Assembly (NCBI GenBank): GCA_029855935.1
Contig: JAGSHN010000031.1
Coordinates: 64,001-128,000, forward strand
DNA from: Candidatus Thorarchaeota archaeon
Lineage (GTDB): Archaea; Asgardarchaeota; Thorarchaeia; Thorarchaeales; Thorarchaeaceae
Reading direction: 5' to 3'
Length of the DNA stretch: 64,000 nucleotides
Shown: piece after piece, positions 18,013 to 26,906 of the stretch
Layout of the letters: each line of letters opens with the position of its first letter
Position numbering within the stretch: the stretch's first letter is position 1
The notes under the pieces: model-generated
What the model saw: the letters and a program-made list of their open reading frames with translations, nothing else
Database searches by the model: none
Told to the model about the DNA's origin: nothing
Program-made: the position numbers and the translations under genes

Positions 18013-20139
18013 TCACGTGGCCTCGGATGGGACGACGAGAAACGACCGGGAGTCCGTTGAAGCAACAATCCGCCCCCGACTATCGAGTATGACAAGGCGA
18101 AGAACACATCTCTCAGATGTCCGGATGCTCTCTCTACTGACCACGAGGGGAGGAAAGTCATCAGAGGTGAAGGTCAGGCTCTCTGAGTCGGAGGGGTATA
18201 GGATGCCCTCGGTCCCCGCGAGAGGCTGATCCCGAGATGAGGACAGAAGTTCCACCCTACAGGGGGCGGACTGTATCGATGCGCCACCAGTGTCGATCTT
18301 CCCGCGAAACAAGACCGGCGTCTTGCCACGCACATAGGAAACGGTGGCGAGGGGCTCAATGAAGAGGCGAGGAATGGACGTGGAGAAACCAGCCCTGAGT
18401 TGAGTCACTCCCTCACCCATTCGTGCAGTCACGCTGACCGAGTACTCTTGCGGCTCAACGGCAGTATCAAAGGCCGTCGGCTCTACGATGGTCTGACGAG
18501 GGGCGAGGCTAAGAGGACCGACAGAATGCTTCTTGACAATCAAACCCCTTGCATCGGTCACTAAGCAGACAAGTGATGAGACCGTGATCTCGTGGGCCGT
18601 CGTGTTGCGAAGCAATATCGACAGGCGGGCTGTTGTCCCGGCAATCACGTGGTCTGCACTGAGGAGAAGTCTCAGTTCGAGACCTTGATGCCAGCGCAAC
18701 CAAGTGGGTAGCATGGGCGCGCCGCCAACAGGATCGCTGGCCCATTCTCCTATCCAGTCTTGTGCCGTCTTGGCCAAAGAGCGAATCAGAGAGTCCACAT
18801 CCAGTCCGGACCGCGCGTAGAACGTTAGGACAAGGTCTGCGGGCGTCGTCCGTGAATGCCAGAGCTCGCTCCCAAACACGGATACGAGGACTGGTCTCAG
18901 AAGGGGGCTCTGCAGCACTCCCATCTGGTCCAGCTCTTCACCAATGAGATAAAGTAGAGATGTGAGGGCGTCGCCGAGCGTTCGATGGGCGAGTACGTGA
19001 CCTGTCCCGTTATCGTTGACGTTGGGATCTCTTGTCGGTCCCTGATTGTAGAGAGCAGCCATCAGGGGGTCTTCGTCGATCGTGGCAGGTGCGAACGGTC
19101 CGTTCAGACCCGCCAATATCGCGCTCGTGCAGTTCGTGATAAGAGAAGCAGTGTCGACACACGGGACCTCAGACCCTGCCACGAGCGATCCAAATGCCCT
19201 CACAGCAAGTCCCTGAAGCAGTGCCGCGATGGCCACAGTCCGTGTGACTGATAGTTGAAGGTCAAAGACCTGAACTCTGACACCCCCGCCCTGGCGCTCA
19301 AGCACTATGCAGGCGCCCTTATCGCTTGGAGAGACCGATGATGCTGAACCCATGTCATCTCTAGTCAGCGGCGGTACAACGGGAAATCGTCCGCCGCTAT
19401 CAAGGCTATACTGATGATATAGTCGCAGCGAACGCACGCAACCCTCTGCCTGCAGCTCGGTATCAGGACCCAGGCTGACATCACAAGTGGGACGAGAGGC
19501 CACTATAGGCGAGTTGACGGAGAGGGCAATGAGGTGAGGAAGAAAATCGCGGAAGATGTTGTATACTGCCCTCCGTGTCAGCTGGTCGGCGTGAGGACCA
19601 AGCACTATGTGACGCTCTCCGAAGGACAACCGTTGGTCGTGTGACATCACGGGATTGAGGCCCAGCGGGAGAAGCACCACATCCACGGTATGTTTGAATG
19701 CCTCCCATACGCTGCGGAGGAGGGCACGTAACCACCAGTCAAGCTCGTTGAATGAGGAACAGGTGGGAGTTGAGATGATTGGATGTGCAGGACCGTCGGG
19801 GGACGACCCAATCTCACATTCAAAGATGCCATAGGATGCCACGCTCCCGTCAGGAAGAGCATAGCGGACACGTCCTGTGATTCGAGGTCTGACTGAGCTC
19901 GGCGAGAGCACCGTTGCTGTACGGAATCGACTCCTGACAGACTTCAAGGATGATGTCCTGGCCGCCTCACCAATGAGGGACGCGAGGGTGTTGGCCAGTG
20001 ATGGGACAGCGGGCAGTATCTCCCCGATTGTGAGCGGCGTGCCATCGGCGTGGGTGATCTGAGGCTCAATCTCAATCCTGTGGGGAAATGGCAGCCCAAT
20101 CTCCCCACGGCCTTCGGTCGGCGGAGTTCCAGCGCTCAA
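18013..20139 (-). CDS. Degenerate glutamate-cysteine ligase (GCS2)-fold protein with C-terminal Ig-like domains
   Basis: IEIEPQ, STPTC..NEL, GLNP, YNIFRDFLPHLIALSVNSP, SLR, VFDLQ; beta-rich C-terminal ~220 aa. Confidence 0.65.
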   Translation of the reverse strand: MSAGTPPTEGRGEIGLPFPHRIEIEPQITHADGTPLTIGEILPAVPSLANTLASLIGEAARTSSLKSVRSRFRTATVLSPSSVRPRITGRVRYALPDGSVASYGIFECEIGSSPDGPAHPIISTPTCSSFNELDWWLRALLRSVWEAFKHTVDVVLLPLGLNPVMSHDQRLSFGERHIVLGPHADQLTRRAVYNIFRDFLPHLIALSVNSPIVASRPTCDVSLGPDTELQAEGCVRSLRLYHQYSLDSGGRFPVVPPLTRDDMGSASSVSPSDKGACIVLERQGGGVRVQVFDLQLSVTRTVAIAALLQGLAVRAFGSLVAGSEVPCVDTASLITNCTSAILAGLNGPFAPATIDEDPLMAALYNQGPTRDPNVNDNGTGHVLAHRTLGDALTSLLYLIGEELDQMGVLQSPLLRPVLVSVFGSELWHSRTTPADLVLTFYARSGLDVDSLIRSLAKTAQDWIGEWASDPVGGAPMLPTWLRWHQGLELRLLLSADHVIAGTTARLSILLRNTTAHEITVSSLVCLVTDARGLIVKKHSVGPLSLAPRQTIVEPTAFDTAVEPQEYSVSVTARMGEGVTQLRAGFSTSIPRLFIEPLATVSYVRGKTPVLFRGKIDTGGASIQSAPCRVELLSSSRDQPLAGTEGILYPSDSESLTFTSDDFPPLVVSRESIRTSERCVLRLVILDSRGRIVASTDSRSFLVVPSEAT

Positions 20140-20297
20140 TCACAGTGCCCCCGTCATCTACGTGGCACGTGGCCCGTACAAGAGGTCCGTCACGAGGCGG
20201 ACAGACAGCAGATGATGGCCACTCGTTGTCACATCACTCTATGGGAGTCCACTGAGTACGGGACCGACCTTTATTATCTTTGCTCGCACGGGGGATG

Positions 20298-20726
20298 CTA
20301 CTCGCTGGCAACGAGCCCGAAGACCTCCTTCACCTTCTCACTGATCTCCCGAAGACGATACCACACGGAGTCGCGGCCCCTTCTCTCAGCAAGCATGACG
20401 AAGAGTATCTGATAGTCAAACTCTGTGATGTCCTTGAGTAGGACTAGAGCTCGGTCATCTATGAAGTGGCTTCGATTGACACGACCGTCACGGAACCTGA
20501 TGGCTAGGGGACGCAGAGCCTTCTCCGCCCGGTCGAGCTTCCTGATTGCCTCACGGAAATTCTTGTCAGGATCGCCCATAGCGTAGCCGCCGACAAGGGG
20601 GGTCATTCCTGCGCCGAGCGAGCCTCGCCCAATCTCGTCTAGAACATCCATCGTTTCCTGAAAGTATGCGTACGCGTCAGAGAGACACTTCTTTATTCCG
20701 TACAGGACACGCGCACGGTCTGTCAT
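20298..20726 (-). CDS. Hypothetical helical protein
   Basis: 142-aa ORF with amphipathic helices filling the gap between neighbours. Confidence 0.65.
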   Translation of the reverse strand: MTDRARVLYGIKKCLSDAYAYFQETMDVLDEIGRGSLGAGMTPLVGGYAMGDPDKNFREAIRKLDRAEKALRPLAIRFRDGRVNRSHFIDDRALVLLKDITEFDYQILFVMLAERRGRDSVWYRLREISEKVKEVFGLVASE

Positions 20727-20834
20727 TGAAGACCCCCGGGCAAGACTGTGAGAGGGAGAAAGACAGCAGAACTGAAGAGGGGCGGGTCAGATGACCGCGC
20801 CCTGCTCATCAGTACTTTACTCTCGTCGACGCAC

Positions 20835-21899
20835 CTAGAGCTCCATCTCACCCAGCTCACCAGCAAAGTGGCAAGCGACGTGATGACCGTTGCCCATATC
20901 GCGTTCAACGGGTATCTCTCTGGTGCAGATCTCCTGCGCGTATGGACAACGCGGGTGAAACCTGCAACCACGTGGGACATTGATTGGGCTCGGGGGCTCG
21001 CCCTTCAGCGACTCGACACGACGCTTGACTGTCGGATCTCCAGACGGGACTGCAGAGATCAGAGCGCGCGTGTAAGGATGCTGGGGGTTGAAGGCGACCT
21101 CGTGAGATGGGCCAATCTCCATTATCTTGCCAAGATACATGATACCGATTCTGTCTGCGATATAGGTTGCGACAGCAAGGTCATGTGTGATGAACAGATA
21201 CGTCAGACCAAGCTCCTCGCGCAGCTTGAGCAGCAGGTTCAATATCTCGGCACGGATTGAAACGTCTAGCATCGACACCGGCTCGTCGGCGACCATGAAC
21301 TCCGGGTGGAGAATGAGCGCGCGTGCGATGGATATGCGCTGGCGCTGCCCGCCTGACAGCTCATGCGGATATCTGTCAATGTAGTCCTCTGCGGGAGTGA
21401 GAGCGACACTCTCAAGCGCCTCAAGGACACGCTCCCTGCGCTGACTGGGAGTGAGCTGAATCTTGTGGACAGTGAGTGGCTCGGACACGATGCTGTAGAT
21501 GCTCTGCTTGGGGTTGAGAGACTCGTATGGATCTTGGAAGGTGATCTGCATTCGCTTCCGCAGTTCCTTCATCTCATTGCGGTCAAGAGTACCGAGATCG
21601 ATTCCTGCATATATCACCTCACCATCGGTCGGGGGCTCAAGGTACAGAATGCACCGTCCAGTCGTTGTCTTGCCGCAGCCGGACTCTCCTGCGAGAACGA
21701 GAATCTCTCCCTTCTTGATGTCAAAGCTCACCCCGTCGACTGCCTTCACGTACAGCTCCTGTTTGTAGAGCAATGACGAGAGAAACCCTGTGTTGACAGG
21801 GAACCATTTCCTTAGATTCCGCACTTGGATGAGAGTCTCGCCTGGGGCTACCTCCTGGGCCTCCGTGAGATACCTGCTAGTCTGTGGAATTGCCATCAT
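20835..21899 (-). CDS. dppF: Peptide ABC transporter ATP-binding protein DppF/OppF
   Basis: GESGCGKT, LSGGQRQR, ADEP, HPYT and the C-terminal oligo_HPY domain GCRFHPRC. Confidence 0.95.
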   Translation of the reverse strand: MMAIPQTSRYLTEAQEVAPGETLIQVRNLRKWFPVNTGFLSSLLYKQELYVKAVDGVSFDIKKGEILVLAGESGCGKTTTGRCILYLEPPTDGEVIYAGIDLGTLDRNEMKELRKRMQITFQDPYESLNPKQSIYSIVSEPLTVHKIQLTPSQRRERVLEALESVALTPAEDYIDRYPHELSGGQRQRISIARALILHPEFMVADEPVSMLDVSIRAEILNLLLKLREELGLTYLFITHDLAVATYIADRIGIMYLGKIMEIGPSHEVAFNPQHPYTRALISAVPSGDPTVKRRVESLKGEPPSPINVPRGCRFHPRCPYAQEICTREIPVERDMGNGHHVACHFAGELGEMEL

Positions 21900-21902
21900 C
21901 CA

Positions 21903-22892
21903 TCACTCCAACTCTACCTTCAGCTTGCCCTTCAGCTCCTCAGCGAAGTGACAGGCCACCCATCTGCCGGGTTCAATCTCCTCGAAAGCCGGCTCTTCTC
22001 TCTTGCATATGTCCTGAGCGTACGGACAACGCGGATGGAACCTGCAGCCGGGCGGTGGGTCAATCAGATCTGGCGGAGAACCCGGGATGGACGTGAGAGT
22101 CTTCTTCTCAGCCTTTACCATACTTGGAATTGCTCCCACCAGTCCGGTCGCGTACGGATGCACCGGCTCCTTGAACACCGACACCACGTCGGCCAGCTCT
22201 GCAATTCGACCGGCGTACATGACCGCGACCTTGTCACACGTTTCAGCAATGACGCTCAGGTCGTGCGTGATGAGAATCAGTGAGAGGCCGAGGTCCTTCT
22301 GAAGCTTCTGCATCAGCTTCAGGATCTGGGCCTGAATAGTCACGTCGAGCGCTGTCGTCGGCTCGTCGGCAATCACGAGGTCCGGATTGCACGCGAGGGC
22401 CATAGCAATCATTGCGCGCTGACGCATCCCACCGCTGAACTCGTGTGGGTAGTTGTGGATCCGGCCAGGGTCGAGTCCGACCATCTCGAAGAGCCGTGCC
22501 ACTCTGTCCAGGGCCTCTTCCTCAGTCACGTTCTCGTGCATCAGAATGGCCTCAGCAATCTGTTCCCCAATCTCGAAGACAGGGTTCAGTGCGTTCATCG
22601 CGCCCTGGAAGACTATGGCCACGTTCTTCCATCGGATGTCACGCATCTCGCGCGGAGTCTTTCGCAGCAGGTCTTCGCCCTTGAAGTAGATGTTACCACC
22701 GACAATGTTTGCAGCCGGCGGAAGAAGCTGCATTATGGAATAGGCAAGAGATGACTTTCCGCAGCCTGATTCACCTGCCAGTCCTATGGACTCTCCCGCC
22801 TCCAGCTGAAGCGAAACGTTGTCCACAGCCTTGACAAGTCCGCGCTTGGTTGAATAGTACATTCTTAGGTTCCTTATATCAAGCAGAGGCAT
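21903..22892 (-). CDS. dppD: Peptide ABC transporter ATP-binding protein DppD/OppD
   Basis: GESGCGKS, FSGGMRQR, ADEPTTALDVTIQAQ, GCRFHPRC. Confidence 0.95.
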   Translation of the reverse strand: MPLLDIRNLRMYYSTKRGLVKAVDNVSLQLEAGESIGLAGESGCGKSSLAYSIMQLLPPAANIVGGNIYFKGEDLLRKTPREMRDIRWKNVAIVFQGAMNALNPVFEIGEQIAEAILMHENVTEEEALDRVARLFEMVGLDPGRIHNYPHEFSGGMRQRAMIAMALACNPDLVIADEPTTALDVTIQAQILKLMQKLQKDLGLSLILITHDLSVIAETCDKVAVMYAGRIAELADVVSVFKEPVHPYATGLVGAIPSMVKAEKKTLTSIPGSPPDLIDPPPGCRFHPRCPYAQDICKREEPAFEEIEPGRWVACHFAEELKGKLKVELE

Positions 22893-23085
22893 CTTCTCAA
22901 TCTCCGCCGGAGCTCTATAGCAATGGTAGGGTGTCTTGTCTGTCTGCACCCATTGCGTGGGGTGCTTCTCGGTCGGCTTAAATATATTCCCTTTGACGAC
23001 CTCGGCTTTGCACTCGGTTCACAGTTGCAACGTACAGCTGTCGAAATGCGTAAAAGTAGGAATGGCGAGGATGGCGTGAAGCCTG

Positions 23086-23400
23086 ATGACGATAAGGTCA
23101 TTTCCAAAGACGCGCAACGAGCCCCGCAAGAGAATACTTCTCATACCTGTGGTCCTCATTCTTGGAGGCTATGTACTCACTCTTCTTCATCCGGTGTTGG
23201 GAACAGGCTTCATCGGCATTCTGCTCGCATTGACGGGGGTGCTCTCGGTCTTTCTCGTGGGGATGGTCTTTGCTGACATCTGGGTGTCCGCACGGCGGAC
23301 CAGACAGATGATTGAGAGAAGACAGAGAGAGCTCGCCGACGATAGTGATGTGTCGGATGAGGACATTCCCGATCCTTTCCAAGACGAGATGGGCGACTGA
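23086..23400 (+). CDS. Small 2-TM membrane protein with acidic tail
   Basis: Two hydrophobic helices and a D/E-rich C-terminus. Confidence 0.6.
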   Translation: MTIRSFPKTRNEPRKRILLIPVVLILGGYVLTLLHPVLGTGFIGILLALTGVLSVFLVGMVFADIWVSARRTRQMIERRQRELADDSDVSDEDIPDPFQDEMGD

Positions 23401-23671
23401 GCTCTCGGTATGGTGTCACCCGACAATGGCTGTGTGAACAGAGCCTTGCTCCCCAAACAACAACAGAGAGTAGGCAGTCATTGTGCTGTTACCGTCAGTG
23501 CATACAATGTCTGTGTGTCGTCCGGTGGCGAGATGTCGCAAGATGTTACTCAAAGGGGATGAGCGCAGACCGAACTGCTTTTTAGGGGAATTTGTCGGAG
23601 CTAGCGCGTTCAGAACTAGTACAAAAGGAACGACGTCTATCTGAACTGTCGGTCCCTACGGAGGTCAGTCC

Positions 23672-25276
23672 TTGTCCATCAAGAAAGGCAGCTGGAAAGA
23701 CAGTAACTGGTACGTGAGCCTGACCGGATTCTGGAGAGAGTACAAGAAACACAGGATAGGTGTCCTTGGACTGCTTGTGATCGTGATGTTCTTTGGAATG
23801 GCAATTGGTGCACCACTCTTGGCCACGCACAACCCCTCGCCCGGAGTGAAGGTGGCACCACCGTTCCTCGCTCCCGCATGGGTGCAGGTCTTTGACTCGG
23901 GCGCCATAAGGAACGGAGAGTATCTGCCTGACCCGAATCTTGACAGAGGAACAACAACCAGTCATTTGCAGATATATGGAAGCGACACGTACGGGAATGA
24001 GTCATCGTTCTCGGGATACTATCACCAGGCCACAAGCGCTGACGACCTCAACTATATGGCGTTGCAATGGAACCATCATGCTGGTGACAGGCCGAGCTTC
24101 AGGTTTCCGTGGCCCTCCGAGAGCGAAACAGAGATGCCTATGACAGAAGACTTTGTCTACTTCACGCAGACTCTCGACTGGCCATACGAGCGGATGCCGA
24201 AGGATGTCAATGTGTCCTTTGCCTTCTCCACCCATTTCACTGGCGACTTCGCCACGCACGAGGAGGCTGGCCTGATGTTCAAGGTCTACGTCTGGCTCAT
24301 CGACTCCTCGGGCAACTGGAAAATGATCTACAAGACCTCGCCACCCTACTATGACTATCCCATCACACGAGTCGCAGACCTTAACTGGTTCGACATCGTG
24401 GCAGGCTGGAGAGGAATGGTGAAGAACAGCACCAGTGGGACCCAGGAGGATCCAGAAGACAAACTGACGCTCGCTGTGGGCCTCGCCCCGTACAAGAACT
24501 TCTTCTACTACAATGGGCATTGGGTCTACCGCGAGTGGTCGGGTAGCGTGGAGGTGAGAGTTTCCCGCCTCTCAGTCTACGTCTACGGCGGATACTTTGG
24601 ATACCTTGGCACAACGGACAAGGGCGGTGACGCATACTCCCAACTCATCTACGGTTCCAGAGTGTCACTGACGATTGGACTACTTGCAACAGCACTCTCC
24701 ACTGCTGTCGGTGTCATAGTCGGCATGGTCGCAGGATACTTCGGCGGAAAGACCGATGAGATACTGATGCGAATCGTTGACTTTCTGCTCGTCATCCCGG
24801 GACTGCCGCTTATGATGGTGCTCGCGGCGTTCCTCGGACCAACCATTGAGAACATCATCGTCGTCATAGCGATACTTGGATGGACCAGTACGTCACGGCT
24901 GATACGATCTCAGGTGCTCGCTGAGAAAAACAAGGCATACGTGGAGTCCGCGCGTGCCATCGGTGCCTCAGACACCTACATCATATTCAGGCACATCCTC
25001 CCCAACGTGACGCCCATTCTGTTTGCAAACATCACGCTGGGCGTCGTAGGCGCAATCCTCTCAGAGGCTGGCCTCTCCTTCCTCGGACTGACTGATCCGA
25101 ATGTTCCGAGTTGGGGACGCATGCTCGCCGATGCGAGAGCATCTGGTGGCTTCAGCAACGGTGCGTGGTGGGTGGTCGTCTTCCCGGGACTGATGATCAC
25201 TCTCCTGTCGCTGGCCTTCACGTTCGTTGGTCACACACTCGACCAGGTGCTGAATCCACGACTCAGAGAGCGATAG
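23672..25276 (+). CDS. dppC: Second peptide ABC permease DppC/OppC paralog with large insertion
   Basis: Same architecture as 5382-7001; GGAGGT SD before the TTG start. Confidence 0.92.
   Translation: MSIKKGSWKDSNWYVSLTGFWREYKKHRIGVLGLLVIVMFFGMAIGAPLLATHNPSPGVKVAPPFLAPAWVQVFDSGAIRNGEYLPDPNLDRGTTTSHLQIYGSDTYGNESSFSGYYHQATSADDLNYMALQWNHHAGDRPSFRFPWPSESETEMPMTEDFVYFTQTLDWPYERMPKDVNVSFAFSTHFTGDFATHEEAGLMFKVYVWLIDSSGNWKMIYKTSPPYYDYPITRVADLNWFDIVAGWRGMVKNSTSGTQEDPEDKLTLAVGLAPYKNFFYYNGHWVYREWSGSVEVRVSRLSVYVYGGYFGYLGTTDKGGDAYSQLIYGSRVSLTIGLLATALSTAVGVIVGMVAGYFGGKTDEILMRIVDFLLVIPGLPLMMVLAAFLGPTIENIIVVIAILGWTSTSRLIRSQVLAEKNKAYVESARAIGASDTYIIFRHILPNVTPILFANITLGVVGAILSEAGLSFLGLTDPNVPSWGRMLADARASGGFSNGAWWVVVFPGLMITLLSLAFTFVGHTLDQVLNPRLRER
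24754..25254. repeat. Inverted near-identical repeat of 5404-5904 (3' part of the two dppC genes)
   Basis: 24754-24886 equals the reverse complement of 5772-5904 (133 bp); 25143-25254 equals the reverse complement of 5404-5515 (112 bp); compared by eye. Confidence 0.9.
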
Positions 25277-25541
25277 GCGCGGACAGTGTGACGGAGCGGG
25301 ACTCGCGAGGTCCTGCCTCCATCCCTCCTTTTTCTTCTCGTTCCTCTCACGCCAATCAGGTATCCACGACGCCTGACCACGGTGTAGAGATGGCCACTCC
25401 CGACCGAGCCGGCTCCTAGATGCGGAGTGAGCACTACGTATGGCCAACTGATTTAAGTATCAAGAAGCTACGCCTACAATAGACAGGATAGGTGCACGAC
25501 CCCTGGTCGACCATTCTATCAGCACGTCGGAGAGAGTATCT

Positions 25542-26780
25542 TTGTCAGAAACAAGGCGCCTACTGTTGGAGTTCAAGACGGAACTTGTGAGTAGCCGGGC
25601 AAAGAGAGATAGCAGGATAAGGGAGGAACTGATCAAAGCAATCTCCGATGTTTCTGAGGTGATACGAGAACGAGCACTGATAGCAGCAATAGATCTTGAT
25701 GACCCAACAATTGTGGAACACATCATCAAGAGCATGGACGACCCTGATGACGATGTACGAATTGCAGCCGCCCAGGCACTCGCGTGGTACCGGCAACCTC
25801 GTACCGTTCCGGTCCTCCTAAAGGGCCTGAAGGACCCGAATCCGTGGGTCAGATCGCACTGCGCGGCAGGACTCTCAAAGCTGATGAGCGGACCCATCTG
25901 GGCAAGACTGTCGGAGGACGCTGTTGCCAATCTTGTGGCTGGATTCCCCGACTGGACAGACGAAGAGATCACCCAGTTTATGGAGCGGATTGGCGTCAAT
26001 CCGAAGGCGATCGCTAACTATCTGGAGTGGAGGAGCAAGGGCTTCGATGTCGAGATTGACATGTCAGTGATAGAGGAAATGGAGAGCGGGCCGATTATTC
26101 TGGCAGGTGCAGAGGAGGAGGCCCGACCCTCGCTGTCGAGCCAGCTGGGCGTGCCAATGTCATCTGAAGTTGAGGCAATACTGAGCGAGCTCCCGCGAGA
26201 AGTGCTTGAGAAACTCCCACCCGAGGACTTGGCACGGCTGACGCCCAAGACTGCAAGGGAGCTTGTGGACTCGCTGACCGCGCCAAGCGCGCCCACGCCG
26301 CCAGAGCGGCCAGGGAAGAAGAAAGTGAAGGTGCGCCGCGTCAGGAGGGTCAGGAAAGTCAAGAAGGGGCCGACAAGAGAAGAGCTGATCGCCCAGCTTC
26401 CGCCAGAGGTGAGAGAGGCGATTCCCGAGGAGAAGCTCGATGAACTTGGGGTCGAGGAGTTACAGGCGCTGATTGCTGCACCGCCTCCGGTGGGCGGCAC
26501 GGGGGTAGAAGCGGCCGGAGTGCCAGAGGACGAGATGGTCCCAGAGGCTGAGGCCAAGCCAGTGAAGCGGAAAAGAAAGAAGAAGACCAAGGCGAAGAGC
26601 GCTGCAAAGACCCCTGAGGAGGAGAAAAAGAGGCTTCTCACGGAGAAATTCGGTGCTGATAAGGCCGAGATACTGGTCAAGGTCCCCGATGAGTTGCTTG
26701 GCGACATCCCTGAGGAACAGATCAAGCAGATGGATGTCGACACTCTGAGCGACTTGGTTCGAGCACTTGGTGTGGAATAG
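25542..26780 (+). CDS. HEAT-repeat protein with three LP.E repeats and basic patches
   Basis: D.SEVIRERA, DPDDDVRIAAAQAL, DPNPWVRSHCAAGL repeats; KKKVKVRRVRRVRKVKK and KRKRKKK segments. Confidence 0.8.
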   Translation: MSETRRLLLEFKTELVSSRAKRDSRIREELIKAISDVSEVIRERALIAAIDLDDPTIVEHIIKSMDDPDDDVRIAAAQALAWYRQPRTVPVLLKGLKDPNPWVRSHCAAGLSKLMSGPIWARLSEDAVANLVAGFPDWTDEEITQFMERIGVNPKAIANYLEWRSKGFDVEIDMSVIEEMESGPIILAGAEEEARPSLSSQLGVPMSSEVEAILSELPREVLEKLPPEDLARLTPKTARELVDSLTAPSAPTPPERPGKKKVKVRRVRRVRKVKKGPTREELIAQLPPEVREAIPEEKLDELGVEELQALIAAPPPVGGTGVEAAGVPEDEMVPEAEAKPVKRKRKKKTKAKSAAKTPEEEKKRLLTEKFGADKAEILVKVPDELLGDIPEEQIKQMDVDTLSDLVRALGVE

Positions 26781-26906
26781 GCTCTATGGCGGGTTGGACA
26801 GGAACAGACTGATATGCTCCTATGCAGAACAACCGATTGTCAGCTGGCAGGGAAAGCTGCAATTGGCCAGCCTGATACACCATAGCCATAGTGGTGGGCG
26901 CGGGAC

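Noticed and set aside
26330-26600. Basic tracts as nuclear localisation signals or evidence of eukaryotic contamination
   Set aside because: Intronless operons, SD motifs and archaeal promoters indicate a prokaryote; the tracts are noted only as polybasic.
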